Origin: the human T2T-CHM13v2.0 reference genome, Homo sapiens
Assembly (NCBI RefSeq): GCF_009914755.1
Contig: NC_060927.1
Length of the DNA: 64,000 nucleotides
Strand: one strand, 5' to 3'
Shown here: piece by piece, positions 1-16,344 of the stretch
Layout of the letters: every line of letters starts with the position of its first letter
Position numbering within the stretch: position 1 is the stretch's first letter
The notes under the pieces: model-generated
Databases searched by the model: none
What the model was told of the DNA's origin: nothing
Seen by the model: the letters and a program-made list of their open reading frames with translations, nothing else
Translations under genes and position numbers: made by a program

Positions 1-192
1 TTGAATTAACCCAATCTGACAAAGAAAAAAGAGTTTAAAAAAATGAACAAAGCCTCCAAGAAGTCTGGGATTATGTTAAATGACCAAACCTAAGAATAAT
101 TGGTGTTCCTGAGGAAGAAGAGAAATCTAAAAGTTTGGAAAACATATTTGAAGGAATAATTGAGGAAAATTTCCCTGACCTTGCTAGAGATC

Positions 193-675
193 TGTGGGAG
201 TTAAGGCAGGCTGGTGGGAAAAATTTTCAGGATAGTTATAAGAAATAGACACAAACCTTCTATGGAACCTGAAGGGGTTTGCATAACTTCAGTAATAGAT
301 CTGGCTGAAGGCAGCCTAATCCTCTTACCTTAAGTAAATAGCTTAAAGTAGGTACAAAGGAATGTAAGGGAGTTTACCTAAATAACTTGTTTACTCATGT
401 GGTCCTAAAATTAACTTTTGATCATTTGCGGGCAGGATGGCTCTCTTGGGGGGAGGGGACCAGGTTAGTTAACCTCTAGTGATGTTGACTCAAAGCCTTT
501 GTCATTTAATATATGCTGAATAAATTCCAGCAGGGCCAGTTAATCAGGGTCTCGGCTGCTACAACTCTTTTGGTCAGTGGCCTCACCCCCTAAGCCCACT
601 CTTTCACTGAATATCAGTGTCTGAGTACGTTATTCATCTGTTGTGCAGCTGGGGTCTGTGAGATGGACCCTGGCA
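193..675 (+). mobile_element. Solo LTR, LTR22-like (HERV-K/HML-5), inserted in L1 ORF1
   Basis: TG…CA termini. Perfect 6-bp TSD GAGATC at 187-192 and 676-681. Internal AATAAA near 519. Family assigned from recalled consensus. Confidence 0.8.
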
Positions 676-1259
676 GAGATCTGGACATCCAAATACAAGA
701 AGCCGAAAGAACACTTGGGAAGTTCATCACAAAAAGATCATTACCTAGGCACATAGTCATCGGATTATCTAAAGTAAAAACGAAGGAAACAGTCATAAGA
801 GCTGTGAGGCAAAAGCATCAGGTAACCTATAAAGGAAAACCTATCAGATTAACAGCAGATTTCTCAGCAGGAACCCTCCAAGCTAGAAGGGATTGTGTTC
901 CTATCTTTAGCCTCCTTAAACAAAACAATTATCAGCCAAGAATTTTGTATCCAGCAAAACTAAGCCTCATAAATGAAGGAAAGATACAGTCCTTTTCAGG
1001 CAAAAAAATGCTGAGAGAATTTGCCACTACCAAGCCGGCACTACAAGAACTGTTAAAAGGAGCTCTACATCTCTACATCTTGAAACAAATCCTCAAAATA
1101 CACCAAAATAGAATGTTCTTAGAGGATAATTGTCACATGACCTATAAAACAATAACACTATTACAAAAAAAAAGGTATTCGGGCAACCGCTAGCACCATG
1201 AATAGAATAGTACCTCATCTCAAGACTAATGCTGGATGGAAATTGCCTAAATGCTCCAC

Positions 1260-1545
<286 letters not shown>

Positions 1546-2867
1546 AAATGCTCCATTTAAAAGATATAGAATGGCAGAATGGATAAGAATTCACCAATTA
1601 AGTATCTGCTATGTTCAAGACACTCTCCTAACACACAAGGACTCACATAAACTTAAGGTAAAGAGGTGGGAATAGACATTCCATGCAAATGAACACCAAA
1701 AGTGAACAGGAGTAGCTATTCTTATATCAGACAAAACAGATTTTAAAGTGACAATATCTCAAAAAGACAAAGAGGGTCATTATGTAATGATAAGAGTCTA
1801 GTCCAATAGGAATATATGACAATCCTAAATATATATGCACCTAACACTGGAGCTCCCAAATTTATAAAACAATTACTACTAGACCTAAGAAATGAGATAG
1901 ATGGCAACTCAATAATAGTGGGGAACTTTAATACTCTACTGACAGTACTAGACAGGTAATCAAGACAGAAGGTCAACAAAGAAACAACAGACTTAAACTA
2001 TACTCTAGAACCAATGGACTTAACAGATATTTACAGAATATTCTACCCAGCAACTGCAGAATATACATTCTGTTTATAAGCACATGGAACATTCTCCAAG
2101 ATAGACCATATGATAGGCCACAAGAAAAGTCTCAATAAATTTAAGGAAATTGAAATTATATGAAGTACTTTCTCAGACCACAGTGGAATAAAATTGAAAA
2201 TCAACTCTGAAAGGAACCTGCAAAACCATGCAAATATATGGAAATTAAATAATTTGCTCCTGAATGATCATTGGGTCAACAATGAAATCAAGATGGAAAT
2301 TAAGAAGTTTCTTTGAATTAAACGATAATAGTGATACAACCTATTAAAACCTTGGGGATACAGCAAAAGCAGTGATAAGAGGAAAATTCATAGCATTAAA
2401 TGCCTACATCAAAAAGTCTGAAAGAGCGCAAATGGGCAATCCAAGGTCACACCTCAAGGAACTAGAGAAACAAGAATAAATCAAACCCAAACCCAGAAGA
2501 AGAGAAGAAATAACAAAGATCAGAGCAAAACTAAATGAAATTGAAACAAAAAACAAATACAAAAGGTAAATGAAACAAAAAGCTAGTTCTTTGAAAAGAT
2601 AAACAAAATTGATAGACCATTACAAGATTAACCAAGAAAAGAGAAGATCCAAATAAACTCAATTAGAAACAAAATGGAAGCTATTACAACTGATACCACA
2701 GAAATACAAAAGATCATACAAGGCTACTATGAACTCCTTTATGCACACAAACTAGGAAACCTAGAGGAGATTGATAAACTCCTAGAAAAATACAACCCTT
2801 CTAGATTAAACCAGGAAGAAATAGAAACTCTAAAACTCTGTTTAGAGTTGAAAAAAAATTCGCAAAG

Positions 2868-3169
2868 TTTTTTTTTTTTTAATTTTTTGAGACACGGTCT
2901 TGCTGTGTCATCCAGGCTGGAGTGAAGTGGCACAGCCTGGCTCACTGCAATGTCCGCATCCCAAGTTCAAATGATTCTCATGCCTCAGCCTTCCAAGTAG
3001 CTGGGATTGCAGGTGCATACCACCATGCCCTGCTAATTTTTGTATTTTTAGTAGAGATGGGGTTTCACCATGTTGGCCAGGCTGGTCTCAAACTCCTGAC
3101 CTCAGGTGATTTGCCTGCCTTGGCCTTCCAAAGTGCTGGGATTACGGGCATGAGCCACTGCACCTGGCC
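2868..3169 (-). mobile_element. Alu (AluS-like)
   Basis: Poly-T followed by reverse-complement Alu dimer. Confidence 0.95.
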
Positions 3170-3179
3170 ATGCCAACAA

Positions 3180-3467
3180 TTTAATTTTTTTTTCAAGATG
3201 GAGTCTTGCTCTGTCGCCCAGACTGGAGTGCAATGGTGTGATCTCAGTTCACTGCAACCTCTGCCTCTTGGGTTGAAGTGATTCTTCTGCCTCAGCCTCC
3301 TGAGTAGCTGGGATTACAGTCACATGCCACCACGCCCGGCGAATTTTTTGTATTTTTAGTAGATATGGAGTTTCACTATGTTGGCCAGGCTGGTCTCGAA
3401 CTTCTGACCTCGTGATCCACCTGCCTTGACGTCCCATAGTGCTGGGATTACAGGTGTGAGCCTGGCT
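3180..3467 (-). mobile_element. Alu (AluS-like)
   Basis: Reverse-complement Alu dimer. Flanks CAACAATTT / CAACAAGTTT resemble a TSD. Confidence 0.95.
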
Positions 3468-4960
3468 GACAACAAGTTTTTTAGCGAAAATTTGCCTAAA
3501 ATTTTTTAGTAAAAAATTTTTTTGCAGCAAGATTGAAATGGCAATTAAAAAAACACCAAAAAGAAAAAAAGTCCAGGATTAGCAGATTCATAGCTGAATT
3601 CTATCAGACATTCAAAGAAGAATCAGTACCAATCTTGTTGACACTATTCCAAAAGATAAAGAGGGAATCTTCCCCAAATCAAACTAGGAAGCCAGTATCA
3701 CCCTAATAGCAAAACGATGAAAGGACATAACCAAAAAAGAAAACTACAGACCAATATTCCTGATGAACATAGATGCAAAAAATCTCGACAAAATACTAGC
3801 TAACCAAATCCAACAGCATAAAGATAATCTACCATGATCAAGTGGATTTCATACAAGGCATGCAGGGATGGTTTAACATATGCAAGCCAATGAATGTGAT
3901 ACACCACATAAACAGAATTAAAAACAAAAATTACATGATCATTTCAATAGATGCAGAAAAAGCATTTGACAAAATCCAGCATCCCTTTATGATTAAAAAC
4001 CTTAGCAAAATCGGCATAGAAAGGGCACACCTTAAAGTAATAAAAACCACCTATGACAAACCCACAGCCAACATTATACTGAATGGGGAAGAGTTGAGTG
4101 CATTCCCCCTGAGAATTAGAACAAGACAAGGATGCTCACTTTCACTGCTTCTATTTAACATAGTACTGGAAGTCCTAGCCAGAGAAATCAGACCAAAGGA
4201 AGAAATAAAGGGCATCCAAATCAGTAAAGAGGAAATCTAACTGTCGCTGTTCATAGATGATAAGATCGTATACATAGAAAACCCAAAGGACTCATCCAAA
4301 AAGCTTCTGGAACTGATAGACGAATTCAGTAAAGTTTCGGGATACAAAATCAATGTACATAAATCAGTAGCACTGCTATACACCAATAGCGACCAAGCTG
4401 AGAAACAAATCAAGAACTCAACCCCTTTTGTAATAGCTGCAAAAACAAACAAACAAACAAAGAAAAAAAAAACCTAGGCATATACCTAACCAAGGAAGTG
4501 AAAGATCTGTATAAGGTAAACTGCAAAACACTGCTGAAAGAAATCGTAGATTACACAAACAAGTGGAAACACATCCCATGCTCGTGAATGGGTAGAGTCA
4601 ATATTATGAAAATGACCATACTGCCAAAAGCAATTTACAAATTCAATGCAATTTCCATGAAAATACCATCATCATTCTTCACAAAACTAGAAAACACAAT
4701 CTTAAAGTTCATATGGACCAAAAAAGACCTGCATAGCCAAAGGAAGACTAAGCAAAAAGAACAAATCTGGAGGCATCACATTATCCAACTTCAAACTATA
4801 CTTATAAGGCTATAGTCACCAAAACAGCATAAGTACTGACATAAAAATAGGCACATAGACCAATTAAACAGACTAGAGAATCCATAAATAAAGCCAAATA
4901 CTTACGGCCAACTGATCTTCAACAAAGCAAACAAAAACATAAATTGGGGGAAGGACACCG

Positions 4961-5506
4961 TGTATTAGTCAGGGTTCTCTAGAGGGACAGAACTAACAGT
5001 ATATATGTACATATGAAAGAGAGTTTATTAAGGAGAGTTGACTCACATCATCACAAGGTGAAGTCCCACTATAGGCTGTCTACGAGTTGAGAAGCTAGGA
5101 AGCCACTCCGAGTCCCAAAGCCTCAAAAGTAAGGAAGCTGACAGTGCAGCCTTCAGTCTGTGGCTGAAGGCCGAAGAGCCCCTGGCAAACCACTGGTGTA
5201 AGTCCAAAAGTCCAAAAGCTGAAGAACTTGGAGTCTGATGTACAAGGGCAGGAAGCATCCAGCAAGGGAGAAAGGTGAAAATTGGAAGACTCAGCAAGTC
5301 TGTTCATTCCACCTTCTTCTGCCTGCTTTATCTTGCTGTGCAGGCAGCCGGGGGGATGGTGCCCATCCAGATTAAGGGTGAGTCTGCCTCTCCCAGTCCA
5401 CTGACTCAAATGTTAATCTCCTCTAGCAACACCCTCACAGACACACCCAGAAACAACTTTGCATCCTTCAATCCAATCAAGTTGACACTTAATATTAACC
5501 AACACA
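4961..5506 (-). mobile_element. Solo LTR, MLT2A-like (ERV-L), inserted in L1 ORF2
   Basis: TGTATTAGTCAGGGTTCTC…ATCAAGTTGACACTTAATATTAACCAACACA matches reverse-complement MLT2 ends. L1 sequence resumes directly afterwards (CTATTCAACAAA). Confidence 0.88.
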
Positions 5507-6199
5507 ACACGCTATTCAACAAATAGTGTTGGGATAATTGGCAAGCTACGTGTAGAGGAATGAAATTGGATCCTCATATCTCACCTTATACAAAATTCAA
5601 CTCAGGATGCATCAAAGACTCAAATCTAAGACCTGAAACCATAAAAATTCTAGAAGATAATGTCAGAAAAACCCTTCTAGACATGGGCTTAGGCAAAGAG
5701 TTAATGACCAAGAACCCAAAAGCAAATGCAACAAAAACAAAGATAAATTGATGTGACTTAATTAAACTAAAAACCTTCTGCACAGCAAAAGAAATAATCA
5801 GCATAGTAAACAGACAACCTACAGAGTGGGGGAAAATCTTTGCAAACTATGCATCTGACAAAGGACTAATATCCAGAATCTACAAGGAACTCAAACAAAT
5901 CAGCAAGAAAAAAAGCAAACAATCCCATCAAAAAGTAGGCTAAGGACATGAATAGACAATTCTCAAAAGAAGATATACAATGGCCAACAAACATGTACAA
6001 AATGCTCAACATCACTAATTATCAGGGAAATGCAAATCAAAACCACAATGAGATACCACCTTACTCCTGAAAGAATGGCCATAATTAAAAAATTAAAAAA
6101 TAATAGATGTTGGCATGGATGTGGTGAAAGGGGAACACTTTTATACTGCTGGTGGCAACATAAACTAGTACAACCACTATGGAAAACAGTATGGAGACT

Positions 6200-6515
<316 letters not shown>

Positions 6516-7021
6516 AAAAGTAGATCAGCCATCCCACCACTGGGTATCTACCCAGAGGAAAAGAAGCGATTATATGAAAAAGACACTTGAACATACATGT
6601 TTATAGTAGCATAATTCACAACTGCAAAAATATGGAACCCGCTCAAATGCCCATCAATCAAGTGAATAAAGAAAATATGGTATGTATGTATACCATGCAA
6701 TACCACTCAGCTAAAAAAAAAAAAAATAGTCATTTGCATTCTAGATAGAATTGGAGACCATTATTCTAAGTGAAGTAACTCAGGAATAACAAACATCGTT
6801 ATGTTCTCACTTATAAGTGGGAGCTAAGCTATGAGGACACAAAGGCATAAGAATGATACAGTGGACTTTGGGGACTCAGGGGAAGGCGGGGGCAAGATGA
6901 AAGACTACACACTGGGTACAGTGTACATTAGTTGGGTGATGGGTGCACCAAAATCTCAGAAACCACCACTAAAGAGCTTATCCATGTAACCAAACACCAA
7001 CTGTTCCCCCCAAACTATTGA

Positions 7022-7060
<39 letters not shown>
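7022..7060 (+). repeat. (AAT)n microsatellite derived from the L1 poly-A tail
   Basis: AATAATAAT… directly at the L1 3' end. Confidence 0.9.
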
Positions 7061-7061
<1 letters not shown>

Positions 7062-7188
7062 GACATGGTTGTGTTATGGTGTCTAGGCTGAATTGCAATA
7101 GTTATTCACAGGTGTAATCATAGTGCACTGTGGCCTCATACTCCTGACCTCAAGTGATCCTCCTGCCTCAGCCTCCCCAGTAGCTGGG
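7061..7188 (-). mobile_element. Fossil Alu monomer (FAM)
   Basis: Contains the 7SL-derived TATTCACAGG…ATCATAGTGCACTG segment that dimeric Alus lack. Confidence 0.7.
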
Positions 7189-8176
7189 TGTATTTCGTTT
7201 TGTTTGGAGCTTTGCCAAAAATTGTTTCTTCTTTCAGAAAGGCATATCGTGAACAGACACCACTAGTTGTATTTGAGTAGCTGATACAGCACAACTGTGT
7301 AGCCTGTGTTTGTAAGCTGTCACATTCACAGTTATTCTGCATATAGATGCAAGCATATGACTACTTGTTTTTTGGTTTATACGTGACCAACATTTGCATA
7401 TTAAAATACACATTATGTTGTTGTTGTCAGCCTTTCTGGAAATTACGTTTATATAGGACATATCTGTGAATTTTGTTTCAGGATGGTAAAGGAGGTGGTG
7501 TTACATTTCTGTACTGCTGGTGCATTGAGAGACCCAAGCAAGTATCAGGCTTTTCATCCGTGGAACACATGCTCCAGAACCTTCTAGCTGTTCACTTGTG
7601 ATGGATACTCTGTTAGCCTTCACTATTGAATGCACTTTTAAAAATGATCAAAACCAACATTTCCCACAGTATGAAATGTTTGCAAAAAAGGTATGTTGGG
7701 TTTGTTAGGGCTAGAAATTGTTATTCTAAGTAAAGAAACCTGGAGAATTTTCCTAAGCCAGCTAAATTTATTCGACAACAGTACAGTTTTATTTGATGCC
7801 TGCTGCTAAGTTTAATTAAGTTATTTGCTGGGTTTTCCATTTGTCCCTCTGACTTTAGTGTAAACTTATTACTCATCCAAGATGTGGGCCAATGCTTCTT
7901 TTCAAACTTGTGCTAACTAATAACAGAGACCAGAGCTGGAACTTAGTCAAGGCAAAGCTACAAGCCAAACAGTGGTGGAGAAGGGTGGAACATGTCGTGA
8001 CTTGAGGTAATGATGAGCATGTGGGTGAAGTGAGGGGCAGTAAGACCATATGGGGAACGCTGAGGCCAAGTGGGTGTGTGTCAATGGAGGGCATGCATGC
8101 ATAGGGTTGGGCACTGGGCACTCCCCGTATAACCACTAACAGATTAAAAACTCTGGTACTTTTGCTGATTCCTTAA

Positions 8177-10465
<2,289 letters not shown>

Positions 10466-10551
10466 TTTCTTAAAATTAATGTAAAGATAGTTTGCTTTAC
10501 ATTCCTCTTACCACATGCAACAGGTCACATGCATCATAAAGAAAAGAAATA

Positions 10552-10861
10552 GGCCGGGTGTGGTGGCTCATGTGTGTAATCCTGGCACTTTGGGAGGCTG
10601 AGATGGGCAGATCGTTTGAGCCTGGGAGTTCGAGATCAGCCCGGGCAACATGGTGAAACCCAGTCTCAACCAAAAAAATAAAAAAATTAGCCAGGTGCTG
10701 TTGCATGCACCTGTAATCCCAGCTGCTTGGGAGGCTGAGGCAGGAGAATTGCTTGAACTTGGGAGGTAGATGCTGCAGTGAGCCTAGATCGCTCCACTGC
10801 TCTCCAGCCTGGGTGACAGAGCAAGACTTTGTCTAAAAAAAAAAAAAAAAAAAAAAAAAAA
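10552..10861 (+). mobile_element. Alu (J/S-like)
   Basis: Full dimer with long A tail. Confidence 0.95.
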
Positions 10862-11687
10862 GTTAAGTGCTTTAAATGCCAAACAGTCAGCTATAGGATT
10901 TTGTTACCGAAGAAAGTCAAATGGAAGCACCTGACAGATGAAATCTGGAGATGGCTAAATAAAAGCAGTGACTGTAGAGATTTTCCCAGTGACCATACTT
11001 GACCAGGATCAGAAAACCTCAGGATCGGGAATCAGGCTTTCTTGGTCTTGCCTCCTGCTTTGCTGTGAAACCTGGGAATGTAGTTAGCCTCTCTGTCTTA
11101 ACCTGTTTTTCTGTCTACCTCAATAGGGATTATGAATATCATACACAATGACAAATGGTAAAGTATCTTGAAAATGGAAACTTCTGTACTATTTAAGATG
11201 TTGTAGTTACTAATTAATTCTGGTTTATGATGCAGTTTAAATGAGGTTCATTTTTTATTGAAAATTGATTATTTCCTCTGTTATGATAGTATTCTATTGA
11301 TAATATTTATTTAATCAAAACATCATTATTTGTCCACAGACAAATAGTAACAGTGCTGCCACTGGGGTCTAGGCAACCTGATTCACAACCTGGGGTACTT
11401 CTCCAGGGTCTTCAGGTCAACTGAATTTAGTGCTGCCTGGAACCTCACTTCCTCTTTAATTTTGCATAACTAGACTCTTGCCTAGTAGTGTTGCTATTAT
11501 CTCTTCGAAATAGTGGAGAGACATGACTTATGGCTCTAATGTATTCTCATAGCTTCCTTACTGGTCATGGACTTTTTCTTCCCATATAGGCATAAGTATC
11601 TGGGCCCCAGCCTATATCCTAGAGATTATACAGATGGCTGCAGGTAAGCGGGTGTTCCCTAGTTAATGTCTACAACCATTTGTGTAG

Positions 11688-12108
<421 letters not shown>

Positions 12109-12628
12109 TGGTTCCAGGCCCTCTCTAAGGCACCAGACTTTTCCATCTGCATTCTGACTCACATAGTCAGACTTAAATCCCCAGGGCCCACCAAGAATAG
12201 CCCAGAACTCCTTGAGGGAGCCCTAGAACTGACCAGTGTTCTGAGGCATCTTCCAGGCTGAGCTACATGAGCCATTAGCAGACCTTGGGTGAGAGCTAAA
12301 ATTATCATAAGCCATGTGCTCCCCACTTATGTCCCGGGGTTCCTCTCGGGCATCTCCGGTGTGTTGTGGAGCATCTGTGATAGAGGACTGTTGTCAGCAA
12401 TCAGCTCTGTCTGCCAGAGGGGCACCAGCAGCTCTTTTCTGAGGAGGAGGCTGTCCCTCAAAGAGTCTTAATTGTGAGGCCAATTTTATTCTCATCATTA
12501 TACTTTCCTTTGAAATGGCTGTTTCCTATTTCAAGACCCAGCTCAAATGCTACTTTTTCCCCTGTAGGCTCCCAATTTGAACAGAATAATTGACTCCATA
12601 AAGTGCTGTCTGTGTGCCATAGCATTTT

Positions 12629-12678
12629 TTTTTATTTTGATATGGAGTTTCACTCTTGTTGCCCAGGCTGGAGTGCAA
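12629..12678 (-). mobile_element. Severely 5'-truncated Alu (3' end plus tail only)
   Basis: TSD GTGCCATAG(C/A)ATTTT at 12614-12628 and 12679-12693. Confidence 0.85.
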
Positions 12679-12684
12679 GTGCCA

Positions 12685-12742
12685 TAGAATTTTATCTACA
12701 TCAATAGTGAAACTAGCATTTTATCTACATCAATAGTGAAAC
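12685..12742. repeat. 29-bp tandem duplication
   Basis: TAG(A/C)ATTTTATCTACATCAATAGTGAAAC occurs twice. Confidence 0.9.
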
Positions 12743-13574
12743 TTAACACACAAGTATCTAAAATGTGTCTGCCTATGTCAATAACACGTTTATTGACTTA
12801 ATTCCCTCAAAAAACAGTATGATGGAGATAAAAGACAGACATTCTATTTCTAATTATTTCCACAAATTTATTGAGAACCTACTAACAGGTTAGACACTGG
12901 CATGACCTGAAGATGCAATTATGAATAAGACACACATAATGCTTGCCTTCAGGGAGCTTTCAGTCTTTTCTACTTTCATGTCTTGATTCCTCAATTCATT
13001 TTTGCTTTCCCTGATAAATCAAATGTTGCTTCAGGTGGTGGTGAGCCAAGTCGGACTATTCCTTCTTGCTTACCTGAGAGGTGAATGAACATCCAGGGGA
13101 AGGGGCTGCTGCTGCTGGTGGTAGGAGAAGCAGCAGGTGGCTTGGCAGAATTATGTCCTCCTTCTGACTGCACTCATGATGATTGTAGCATGCCCAGTTT
13201 CTTCAGTTCTCTCCAACAGGAACCACAGATGATCTCAGTGGTGGCCTTGTGCATCTTGCTAATCACAGGTTGGGTCTTGTGAGTGTAGGCTTGATCTCCT
13301 GGAGTAGGTACCCAGAATGGATAGAGCCAGGGGGCAACAGGAGGCCAAACCAAAAAAGCCAAGTCCATTTCAGATCCAATGGGATGAATAGTGAGGGGCA
13401 AATTTCTAAGTTTAGAGGTGATATTGGACAAGGATGAAGCTTGTTGTTGTAGGAGAAGCTGGAGATTAAGAGTTAGGTAGTTAGTGGATCCAAGAGTTTT
13501 GTGGTAAAAAGAACTGGGATGTCCAGAGCTCTCTGTTCTTGAATTTCTGGGATTACTTAAAGAGACAGGGCTAT

Positions 13575-13869
13575 GGTCAGGCACGGTGGCTTGTGCCTGT
13601 AATCCCAGCACTTTGGAAGGCCGAGGTGGGAGAATCGCTTGTGCTCAGGAGTTCAAGCTCAGCCTGGGAAGCATAGCAAGACCTGGCCTCCACAAATAAT
13701 TTACAAAATTAGCTGGGCATGATGGCATGCGCCTGTAGTTCCAGCTACTCAGAAGGCCGAGGCAGGAGGATTCCTTGAGCACTGGAGGTCAAGGCAGCAG
13801 TGGGCTAATACTGTGCCACTGCACTTCAGCCTGGGTGACAGAGCAAGACTCTGTCTAAAAGAAAAAAAA
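13575..13869 (+). mobile_element. AluJ-like element
   Basis: Diverged dimer with J-type features (GGAGGATTCCTTGAGC, AGGTCAAGG). Confidence 0.92.
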
Positions 13870-15037
13870 TACAAGGCTAGGTCAGACAGTGGTGTGTAGT
13901 TCTGTGGGCACAAACAAAGAATCATAAAATGTAGTCCTTGCCCCTTAAGGAACCTATATTCTAGCTGTGAAAGAATAATCACACTTTTAAAAAAAGAATG
14001 GAGTAAGATGAGATTACATTTAATCAAAGACTAGAGTACTAGAGTACAGGTGTTTGTAGAAGAGGGTTGGGTCAATGTGAGCTAAAGGCTTGGGAAGGTC
14101 TTGTGTGCCTCAGGGCACAGGCAGGGTTCAGAGATCCTGGCTCATTCACAGCCAGCAATACATGTCATATAGTCACCTCCCATGCTAGAAACCGCAGTGA
14201 AGTCTGTGCCCAGGCTACAATTAATGTGAACAAAGCTAAGGACAACAGTAGAATGCTCAGAAGAATGCCATCTTGACCTCAGTCAATTCAACTTTCTCTT
14301 TCTGAATACTGTACGAAGAAATCTCAATTATCATGAAAATATTCCCGGCTCTCATAGTTGAGTATGGGAAAGCCAAGAGCTCCCCAAACCCTATTGTGTG
14401 GCAAGGAGTGGTGGACAAAAATGGTTGCCTCAGATGCAAGGTTGGCATTTTGCCACATTTGGATGGCACAGGTGGATAGGCCTTTGGGTCTGGGCAAATT
14501 TCCCAGCTCCACCTGGGGTCTGACTCACGCTGCCTGCCTGCAATGCCCTTTCTGTGGCATGTTTTCTGTTCTGCTAGATTACCTTTCACTGGTTGAAAAG
14601 ACAACCTCTCATCACTGAGATTGAAATGTTTAAAAAGACGACATCTCACCACTGAGACTGCAGGCATGCATCTCTTGGTACTAGATGGAGCCCTGTGTCT
14701 CCTGGTGTCTCTCCTCAGAGCACACACCTCCCCCAGTTGTGCACATGTCATTCTTGCACTTGTGTTAGGAGGCATGGAATTTTGAGTTTCTTGAGGCATG
14801 AAGGAAGATGTGCTCATCAATAACTGTCTTCCCTGCCTTTGCTTTGCCAGTAGGAGAGAGCTGGATAATAAAACTTGTGATTTATTTGGACCAACTGCAT
14901 TAGGAATTAACAGTGGTGATTTAATTCCAGTAATGCTTGACCTCTTCTTCTGCATTTTGTCTGTTTCTTCAAGCTGTGCCCCTGCTATAAGTGACTGATA
15001 ATCACTAATTCTAAACTTGCTTAAAGAGTATAAAAGG

Positions 15038-15310
15038 GGCTGTGTGCAGTGGCTCATGCCTGTAATCCCAGCACTTCAGGAGGCTGAGATGGGTGGATCG
15101 AGACCAGCCTAACCAACGTAGTGAAACCCCGTCTCTTCTAAAAATACAAAATTAGCCTGGTGAGGTGGCGCATGCCTGTAATCCCAGCTACTTTGGAGGC
15201 TAAGGCAGGAGAATCGCTTGAACCTGGGAGGCGGAGGTTGCAGTACCGGAGATTGTGCCATTGCACTCCAGCCTGGGCAACAAGAGTAAAACTCCATCTC
15301 AAAAAAAAAA
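15038..15310 (+). mobile_element. AluS (Sq/Sp-like) with a left-arm deletion
   Basis: TSD AAAGAGTATAAAAGG. GGATC is joined directly to GAGACC. Confidence 0.93.
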
Positions 15311-15809
15311 GAGTATAAAAGGGTACATGTCACCTGAAATCTCAATAGAATTTTATTTGTCACCACATAATTTTGTAAGACTTTCAAAATATTTCCTGAA
15401 TTATTACCACATGATTGAAAAGTCCAGACAACTGGCTGGCTCATTTTTTGACTGACTGACTTACCTTTACAAGTGTTTTGAGGGGACCTTGCAATTGTAA
15501 AGTGATGAGTTTGTTGGTCAATTAATTAATTATTTTAACACGTTTATTGAGTATCTATTCTGTCATGCTCTGTTCTAGCTGTTGGGAATAGAGCAGTGTA
15601 TAATACGGAAACCTGCCCTCGTTTAGGGGAGACAGATAAATAGAAAACAAAGGAAAGAAAGTAACTGGTGATTTGAGCATGAGAAGTACTGTGGAGAAAA
15701 ATCAGGGAAGGGCATGTAGGCTGCTTGTTTGGGAAAGCAAGTAGGAAAAACATTTCAGTTTTGAATATTGTTGTATGGAAAGGCATTGCTGAGAAAATGA
15801 CATTAGAGC

Positions 15810-15970
15810 TGTCAACCTAAATAACAGAGAGGCTTTCTAAGAGAAAATGGTATTTATTTGGGAAGAGAGCATTGCAATGGGAATATAACTGCCATGGTAA
15901 ACTATGTGTGCATTCAGGAGATAAAGGCAGACATGGGTTTTTTAAGGGAAAAATGAGGAGGGTTACATAA
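15810..15970 (-). mobile_element. ERV1 LTR fragment, MER65-like, followed by an Alu 3' fragment (~15970-16040)
   Basis: TGTCAACCTAAATAAC… is the reverse complement of the 3' end of the LTR at 39740-40345. Confidence 0.75.
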
Positions 15971-16344
15971 TTTTTTTTGCTTGTTTTTTGAGACAGAGTC
16001 TCACTCTTTTGCCCAGGCTGAAGTGCAATGGCCCAATCTATAAAGTAGTTATAACTACCTTATATCCTTTTAGAAATGGGGAGTGATGGATGAATACAAA
16101 CACAATTTAAAAGAAACTGCAGTGTACTTAGTAGCCTGGAACTGGGAAGAAAGTAGCCATGGCTTTGGAAAAAGCCACCCTCCAGCTTGACCTTGCAAGA
16201 TGAGGATTCCCATTTCTTCACTCTCCCTGCCGCAGCCTTTCTCCTCTTGCTTGTATTCAGGGTTCCCTCTGGAGCTGGGGGAGGAGGAAAGAAGCAGGAT
16301 TCTCTGAATCCTCAGCCCTGACTACTGCAGCCCATGTGGCCACA

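Noticed and set aside
14067-14276. NTCHIV motif resembling an amidohydrolase active-site loop
   Set aside because: Only ~5 residues match, with no flanking similarity; chance.
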